DNA of 52,535 nucleotides, taken from positions 1-52,535 of IMG/VR virus record IMGVR_UViG_3300044858_001628. One strand, 5' to 3'. Below the pieces are notes generated by a model. That model saw only the letters and a list, made by a program, of their open reading frames with translations. It was not told where the DNA came from and did not search any database. The stretch comes from a virus (Duplodnaviria; Caudoviricetes). Positions within the stretch are counted from its first letter, which is position 1, and the number at the start of each line of letters is the position of its first letter. Both the position numbers and the translations under genes were made by a program. Below are positions 37,001 to 46,000 of this stretch, one piece after another.

Positions 37001-40000
37001 AACAGAATTATAGCCACCACCAATAGGCGCTCTATATTTAAGGGCGTTAATTGTTTGCTCACGCCTTGTAGCAAACCCATCCATAATTGTTTTAATTGAA
37101 GCAAGCCTGTCATCAATAGCCTTTTTCTCTGATTCAGTGGCCTTCTCGTCTAGGCGCTCTTCATTTAATGTGCTTTGTCTTAAAACCAACTGGTTATATG
37201 CCTCGTCATAACGCATTTTTAACGATTCAACTAAATCATCAACTACTTCACTAGAAGTTCTACCGCCTAACGCGCTGTCGATAGCAGTTTGCACTTTTTC
37301 TGGCGTAGGAATGTCACCAATTACATTGATTGCATACTTAGTTGCAAATACGCTTTCTGTAAATGGGTTTGATTCATCCATGCCCTCTTCAATCATAGTT
37401 GTTTCTAGTGCGCTTGCTTGGTAGTCGTACTCTTTCATTTCAAGAGTATTAGTGCCAGTAGCATTACGCATTTCAATTTCTTGATTAAAGCGCTCTTCGA
37501 CTGTATTGAAGAAGTCGTTTTGTTCGCTCACAGATAACAATGAAGCTCTGCCAGATGCAGTTAATGCAATGTCTGTACCCTCTGGCTCACTGCTTATATC
37601 AACTGACAAGAAGCCTGCAACATCATCATTTTCTGATAAGTATTCAGCAACAATCTTATCGCCATATATATTAAGGAAATCAACCGCATCAATTTCTGTA
37701 GAGCCTTTTCCTGATGACGTGTTAGAAAATAAAGACTTCATTTTCTTTTTAAGAACAGCAAGTATTCTGCGCTCTGCTGGTATTCCTGTCGCCAATACTG
37801 TAAATGTAGGCCATTCAACCTGACCAGTTCTATGAATACGACCTATAGTTTGCTTAAACACAGCAATATCAGGGTTTGGTTGTAAGAAAATCATGTGGCG
37901 TGGGCGTTGGTCTTTAAACTTCTCTGACGCATGAAGTGAAATGCCAGTAGCGCCAGATGAATTTAATATAACAGTATCAATAGAGCCGTTTGCGTAACCC
38001 CTGATAATATCAACATTGTCAGGGTCTTTTCTCTTAACAAGTGTTGGAACTTCTGTGCTGTAATCAACAGCTTTATCTCGCCCTGTAATCTCAGATATAT
38101 TTAATGGTCTTACATTAGCGCCTTTAGGTGGTGTTTTTGTTGCGTATTGCGTTCCATCATCATTTGTCACTATTGAGTATTGGCTCATTTTGAAGCGAAT
38201 CATATCAATAGGGGATGCTGGCAATGATGATTTGAAACTTTCAATCAACTCTTCGCCACGCTGAAATTCTCTAGCTATCTCGTATGGCAACATATTCATT
38301 GGAACAATAACGCGAACTGTGTCTGATTTGTTGCCAGTAGGTGACTTAAATGCCAATCGTCTAGCGCTTGTTAAACCGCGAGTTAATATGGTTTGCCAGC
38401 CAAAGTTTTTTAATTCATCGCCTACGTTGATTCCAGCAATAGAGGTGTAATCATCTAGCGCTGAACCCATTGTGTTCTGTAAGGCAAATACAGCCTTCTC
38501 ACCTCTGTTGATGGCTTCAATTGCATAATTAACTGCCGAATCAACTTTTGTTGAAAGCAATAATTGAGAAACATAGTTATGCACAACAGAAGTAAACAAA
38601 CCATGCGACATTGCCGTGTCTAACTTACCGTTCTTATCGTATGATTCATACCCTTTTGGCATAAGGGTTGCGAGAGTTTTTCTTCCATCTTCTGATTCAG
38701 CCCATGCCGCGAACTCTCTATCAGCCCTTACAATAGAACGAAGTACATTGGTTACTTCATCAACTAATCTTTCGTCACGCTCTGCATTTTTTTCATCAGT
38801 AATAAACCCAAACTTAACCCCCTCATAAGAGCGCTCACGTCTAATCATTGAGCCAGATTTAACCAACATTTCAGAAGCAATCTGTTGTAATACATCACCA
38901 CCGCCAGAGAACGCAGAAATTAACTCTTCGATAGAATCTGCCGCTTTCGCCAAATGAGTTCTCATGTAAACAGGCATATTTGTCGGGCGTTTAGCAAAAG
39001 TTGCTGATAGATAGGTAACTGCTGGTGGAGTAAAGTCATCAGGTGGCGCTACATCAACCCCATCAATATCAACGCCAAATAAGTTATTTCCTGTGATTAA
39101 GTTACGTATAAACTCGCCTGTCTGAGATTCGCCAGCCGCATTATGAGCTTCATCCATGATGATTACAGCTTTTTCAGAGCGAACTAAAGTTGCAACAGCA
39201 TCTCTTCTCATTGCAGAAAGTTTCGGGTTGTTAAATTGACTATATGTTGTGAATAGCGCTTGCGCCCCATCTGGCAACTCACCTGTTTTAATGATGTGAG
39301 CATAAAGCGCTTTTGCTGATTGTGGCGTTGATTTTAGAACAACGCGACCTTTTGAATCTTTAATCTCTTCTTTGCTGTTTGTAATGGCAATCTTAATATC
39401 GCCCTTACCAATATCCTGCAAATCTTCATACATTGCAGTGTAAAGGTCAGGTTTTATTGTCATAAATACTGGGATTTTCCCACTCTTCACCGCCCACGCC
39501 ATCAATCCAGCCGCAGTTCTTCCCTTGCCAACGCCAGTGTCATCACCAATAATGAAACCATTGCCGTTTTTATTTGCTGATATTGCTAGAGCCAATGCGT
39601 CAATCTGATACCCACCAAGCGCTTTATACATGGCTTCTTTTGAATCATAGCCAAGCTCTTCCATGACAAATTCATCCAAGTCGCCATTCTCTGCCTCAAC
39701 CAAATCAAGTGCAGAATAAAGAGCATCAGCCTGTTTTCGTGGAACATAAATACCACCGCTATCGCCATTGCTTCTGCCGCGATAAACAACTTGAGATTCG
39801 TTATCAACTGGGTCTGGAATGATTGGTTTTTTGCTAGAAGGTGTGTTTTCTTGCTCTTGCTTAATGTCGCTTACAAAGCGCATTGCGTAAGCTTTGATTC
39901 CTGCACCGTATCTTGCAAGAACAGCATTTGCAAAAGCCTTGATTTGCTCTTTTATGTCGCTGTACTTCTTACGCATTACTTCCATTATGCGTTTAAAGAA

Positions 40001-43000
40001 AGGTTTATATTCTTCGTAATTACTTAATTCTTCTTCATTACTGCTACGTGAAAACATTGTTTTATTTTCAGAAGCATCAGAGCTTTCTTGTTGAGTTGAT
40101 TTACCATCAACAACCTCGTCAAGCTCTGCAAAAATTGCATCAAGCTCTTTGTCGCCAGTTGATTTCTTATTTACAACAGGATTATTGCCAAATACCTTAC
40201 CTTTTGATTCTTTTTTCTCTTGGATTAGCTCTGGTAAAGTTCTTTTACCTTTTGATTTAGATTTTTTCTGTGCAACACTATCGAAAACCTCACCAAAGAT
40301 GTTCTCGATATCATTGTCGCTTAATTCAGAAAGTCCTCCAGCGTCAGTTGGGCTTGCGCCTGTACCGCTTGTTTTGCCACTTCCAGAGTTGCCGATTCCA
40401 CCCTGTCTGGGTCGCCCTGTCTTATCATTTCCCCTACGTCTGTTCTGTCCATCAGCATCATCGCTAGGTGTTCCGCGCTCTGTGGTTTTTCCATTCGTAT
40501 CGCTTCCGCTTCCTCTAGGGTCATTCTCGCTATTGCTGTCGCTTCCTTCAGCCCCTCCATTTCTATCAGAGTTTCCAGCTTGTTCTTGATTGCCATTCGG
40601 TAATTGTCCGCTTCCAGAATTTGTACTGCTAAAGCCTCTGGATGCCTTGCTGGAATCCACCAAGATTCGTTCTGAATTTTTGTGAGCCTCAACATATCTA
40701 CTCCATAATTGTTCATAATTAAAAACGCGCTCTACTTCATTGTTCATATCATACGCTGATTCTGTTTGATTTCTACCAGCGATAACAAGAACTCTAAGAG
40801 GCCATGCCGCGCCTTGTCGAGCATACATACTTCCATCTACCTCAAAGTGGTCTGCCACGTTGTAGTTAGCGTACAACCAATTCAAGAACACTTTGTCATT
40901 TGAGTTTACAGCACCAACTTTCTTATTAGCGCCAAGTATGATTACAGCGCGACCTTTATCTGCGAGTGTGCGTAGTGATTTAGCGGCAATAAGATGGTCA
41001 ATCTTACCCATCATGTAGTTTCTGCCATCCCATGAAGGAACGCCAACAGGTGATGCCAAGCTTCCGAATGGTGGGTTTGTTAATATAACATCTGCGGCTT
41101 GGTCGTTGATGGTATCAATTTGCTTAACAGCATCACCATCAATAACTTTACCAAACTCCATGAGCTTCATATTTAATGCTCTATGTTTTTCAAGTTCAAT
41201 CGTGGTGATGTTTTTTGGATTTGCGTTAATTAAAAGTAATCCATTCCCACCTGACGGGTCTATTACTTTTGAGTTGGCATTAACTCTTCCTAACTGTCCA
41301 GCAATAAATGATATTGGCAATGGTGTAGAGTAAGCCTGATTTGATGCACTTGTTGATGTTCTAACATCTAAGTTTGGCTGTTTGTTATACAGAGATAATA
41401 ATTCATCAAAGATGGCCTTTTCATCAGAGCCAGCAAGACGCATATCAACAATCTTTTGTCCTGCAAATTTAGCAAGTGCCGCCTCAAAATCCTCTTGCCC
41501 TTGTTTAAGTTTTAGTAAATCAACGTCTGCTGGTTTGATTCTGTAAGCTTTAGCCACATAATCTTTAATAGCCCTATTATCTTCTGGAAACCAACCTTGT
41601 TTAAGATGAAAAAACATTGATTCAGCCATTGAGCCGTTTTTAAGCTCTGGAAACTTAACAATGTTCATTTCCTCCATGATTTTGTCTAAGTTCTGCACAA
41701 AATCAATGATTACCTTGTTTGCATCTGCAACTTGCTTTGTTTGTGGGTCTAGTATGCGCTCAGTGCCTTTTATTTTATCAGCGTCAGCCTGTGCTATTTC
41801 TTTAGTGCTAAACCAATTGATAGTTCCTGCAAGTGAATCTCTGCTGTAAAGAAACTTCGTGCCAACATTGTGCTGGTCTATAACACCAAACCCTAAACCT
41901 TCAACCTCGACAATTCTTGGCTCTACTTTGTATGTTTTGAATTTAAGTGTCTTACCATCAATTAGCGCAAAGAAGTTCTCATAAACGCTGGCAATATAAG
42001 CACGCTCTTCACCTGTTGGGTATGGAGTGCCTGCGTAACCATTCTTTTTAGTCATGTAACCATCAGCGCGTGATTTACCGACCAAGTAAGGGCTACCGCC
42101 TTTTGTTTTATCGAAAAGGAATGATTCAAAACCACGCGCAAGCATTTCAACTTTAGTACCCCAATAAGCTTTGCTTTTACCTCTATCTAAGTTATCGGCT
42201 TCTTTTTTGAATTGCGTCTGCTCTTTTACATACTCATGTACTGGCGTTGCATAACTTCCTTGCTGGTTTATTTTTGCAAATACAGCATCCTTTGGCGGTG
42301 TGCTTCTATTTTTTTCATTATTAGCATCACGCAATACACCTCTCAAGTAAGCATCAAGTCTGTCGCTATGTATTCTGCTTGAAAGTGTATTTGAAAGTAA
42401 GTTAATTACCCCCCTGTATTTTGTCGCGTTAATGCTATCTTCTGCACCAGTTTCTATGTTGTGGTCTAAGCCATGAAACCACTCATGCCCAACCGTACCA
42501 TTGCCATTTGTTTTTGTAAGATTGATTACATTTGATGTTGGCTCAAAGTGCGCGGCCGCACGAGTGTTTTTACTTCCGCGAGAGCCAATCGCCAATCCAA
42601 GTTTTCCAGCAACAGAAACGATGTTTGCATCAATTCCAGTGATAGAAGATAAGTCGTAAAGTGAATCATAAGCTAAGTTTAAATTCTGCTGACGTTCAAT
42701 CTGATTTACCCACTCACCGAACTCAAGGCCAGAGAATCCAAAAGCACTTGTAAACGCATCTGTATCAATATCTTTTCCACCACGATGGTCTTTCATTCCA
42801 ACGCGAGTGATGTTATCTAGGCGAGGTGGAACGTCAGGGTCTTTTTTAACCAATCTGTTAGTCTGGTCGGTTGAATTTTCATCTTTACCAAATGTGTTTG
42901 CATAGCTATTAACAAGATTGCTTATGCCAGTTGCAGGCCTCCAGCTTGAAGTGTCAAAAATAGATGCGGCTGGCTTACCCTCTTCTGTTAGAGTTAAATT

Positions 43001-46000
43001 GCCACCCTCTTCTTTAAGGTATCGTTGAACAAAGGCGCTTCTAGCCGATTCAACAGTTGAAGCAGAATGGAATGTTGCCTGCAAATCATTCAAGAACTTC
43101 ACATAATTGCCAGCAATAACATTGGCTTTTTCTGACATTTCAACATCAGCAAGAGAACTTGTTACTATTGACTTGTCTGTGGCCTTGTAACTGTACGAAT
43201 AGTACGCTTTTAACTGACTTGCAATATATTCAAGAGGCATCCTTATATGCTCAAAAATTGCTTCTTTAAACATCATTGTGCCAAAAGTCTGCTCTTCATT
43301 AGAGAATTGGTCTAAGTAGTTCTTTTTATGTAAAGCATCAAGCCACTTTTCAGCTTCTTTTAATAGTTTCTTTTCATCACTTCCAACATCAGGCTTTTGT
43401 GGCGCTTGTCCTTTAATCTTTCCACCAAGCTCATTACCTGCATCATCAACGCCAGAAGCCTTGCTTATCATTGCAGATACAACAACAACCTCTGATTCGG
43501 CAGTTTCTTGAAGCTTATCTGTAACTCGGAATTTAAGGCGTTTTAGATTTTTAAGCACACCATCAGTAACGTCAGAATTGTTAAGCGGTAGTGATATTCT
43601 GATTAAGTAGTCATCAGGGAATACAGTTGGCATAGCAGATGGTTGTAATGATTCAACCTCTAGCACGCCTTTGTATAATTCAGATGTAAGCCAAGCAATA
43701 TCACCAGATTCAACGGCTGATAACACAGTAGTTTCCTGCTCTACTGGCTCGGCTTTCTTTTCCTTAACTGGTTTTTCAGCAGGTTTTTCAACTGGCTTTT
43801 CTTCGCTATCAACAACCTCAACCTTTGGCTTTTCAACTTTAGGATTAACTTCTTTTGGCGCTTTCTCTTTCTTAGGCTCTTTTGGATTATCAGAGATTGT
43901 GCCACCTGTTGCGCCACCTGTTGTGCCAACATCATTAGGCTCTTCTTTTACATTTCCTGCTTCTGTAGGTTTTTGTTTAGAAGTAATGATGCTGTTTATT
44001 TTCTCAACAAGCTTATCTTTATCAAGCCACTCTTCTACAAACTCACCTTCATTTGCTACGCCTGCGTCAATCAAACGCTTCGCATAAGTACGAGCTTTAA
44101 TTAAATGATTTTCCCATCCATCAGGTGCAACAACATTAACATTTTCAGTTTCATTAGCATCAACCTGTACGTCTTTTGGTGTTTCATCGACACTTATTTC
44201 AGTTGTGTCGCCAGCATCGACATTCTCAACGCTAGGCTGATAGTCTTTGTTGTAGGTAATGATTTGTTTATTAAACTGACCAGAAGCCTTAACTGCCGCC
44301 TTAATTTCATCAAGCGTAGCTGTTTTCTTTACGGTAACAGGGTCGCCTTCATAATCAAGCAACTCGTCACCGTTATGCAATACATTAAAGTTATCACCAT
44401 TAGGCTTTAAGCTAATTACTTGGTTTGCGCCCTTGCTACCAATATGCGCGATTTGAATGTTTGCGTTTTCTGGCGTAGTAGCTTCTTCAACAACTGGATT
44501 ATCTTGAGTAGTCAGGGATTCCTTGACAGGTGCAAATTCTTGAGCAGGCGATACAGTAGATTTCAACACTCCATCTACTTTTGCAGGAATAGTAGTATCA
44601 CCAATCTGGTCAATTAAAAATGTTCTATGGTGTCCATCCTGCAAGTGAAAAGTTCCATCTGGTAAGGTATTCACTTCAATTGGATTTGATTTATTAAATT
44701 CACGAAGTTTATTTTGAGCTTCTTTATCAGCTTTAAATAAATCAACCATTTCACGCATGGTAGCGCCATCTTTAATATCCATTCCTGCGCCATGCTTTAG
44801 CACGCCAGCAACCTGTTCCTGCGTAACCCCCTGTGTTCCAATAGCGCCATTCTTACGTTTAACATTTGATATATTAAAGCCAGTAGTGCTATCAGGTAAG
44901 GTAGTCGTTCCAGCATCAACTGTTGCAGGTTTAAGCCCACGCAACGTCATTTCAGCCTCAATACGACCTTTAATTGTAGTGTCATCAGTAAGCTTTAACA
45001 GGCGACCTAATAAGTCATCAGACGCGCTTTCAAAAGGTCTAGCCTCTACTGCATCACCCCCTGTGGTGTCATTTCCAGTAGCCACATTCGTTCCGATGCT
45101 GGATGGAGGTGTGGCGGTAGCGTCACCCATTCCTGTTCCATTTGGCTGTATAGGTAAATCTGCCACGCTTCCTTGAGCGTTATTACCTGTAGATTCACTG
45201 GTGTTTGTAGCCATTGTGGTAGAGGCATCATTGTTACGGTTAGCATTGCTTACACCTTCATTAAATCTACTATCAAAGGAATTATTTACGCCAAGAGTTG
45301 TTCTAAAATCATTGAGTGCAGTTTTAGTATCAGCCGCACGACCTTGACTATCAACTGTTATTGTTGGCGCTGGTAACGCTAAAGTAGGTTGTTGTTTTGG
45401 AGTTGTACCTGTACGCGCTTGAAATGCCGCTAACTCTTCTGCCGTAAATCGCTTTTCCGCTTCGGCTCTTGTCATCGTACTACCATCAGGGAATACAACT
45501 AAATCATTGTTTTCAAATGTTGGTGCAGGTAGCGCTAATACTTGGTCTGACGCGCCACCTAATACCGCAGTTTGAGCCGCACCTGTAATAGCACCGCCAC
45601 TTCCAGTTTGAGCAAGTGTAGTAGCTAATTGTTTGCGAGAGTTTATTACATACTCTGCCGCGCCAAGACCACCGCCTAGAGGTGCGGCCGCTAAACCTTC
45701 AAGAGTAGCGTTACCAGCTACACCTTGCCATGTATCTACATCAAAACCATCACGCGCTTGAGCTACGTTTGTAGCAACTCGCTCTTGACCGCCTTGAATT
45801 GCCTCTGGGATTGCCTCTTTACTTGCATCTGATAGCGTTTTCTTGAGTAGGTCTTTTGCTATGAACTGACCAGCTTCCTGACCAATTTCTTTAGCGCCTA
45901 GTCGTGCCGCAATACTTTCAACCCCTGTACCGCCAGCTAAAGCACCAAGTCCAGCACCTAAAGCAATCTGGTCTGCATTTTTACCTGTGTAAGATTGTGC

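Noticed and set aside
39586-39807. Other same-strand nested ORFs in the giant gene (also 33379..33600 and 34891..35154)
   Set aside because: Overlap structured main-frame domains, lack a convincing SD and look like random shadow translations
43741-43935. Nested +1-frame ORF (64 aa, K/R/L/Q-rich) in the giant gene
   Set aside because: Composition is what a K/E/P-rich linker gives when frameshifted; weak SD
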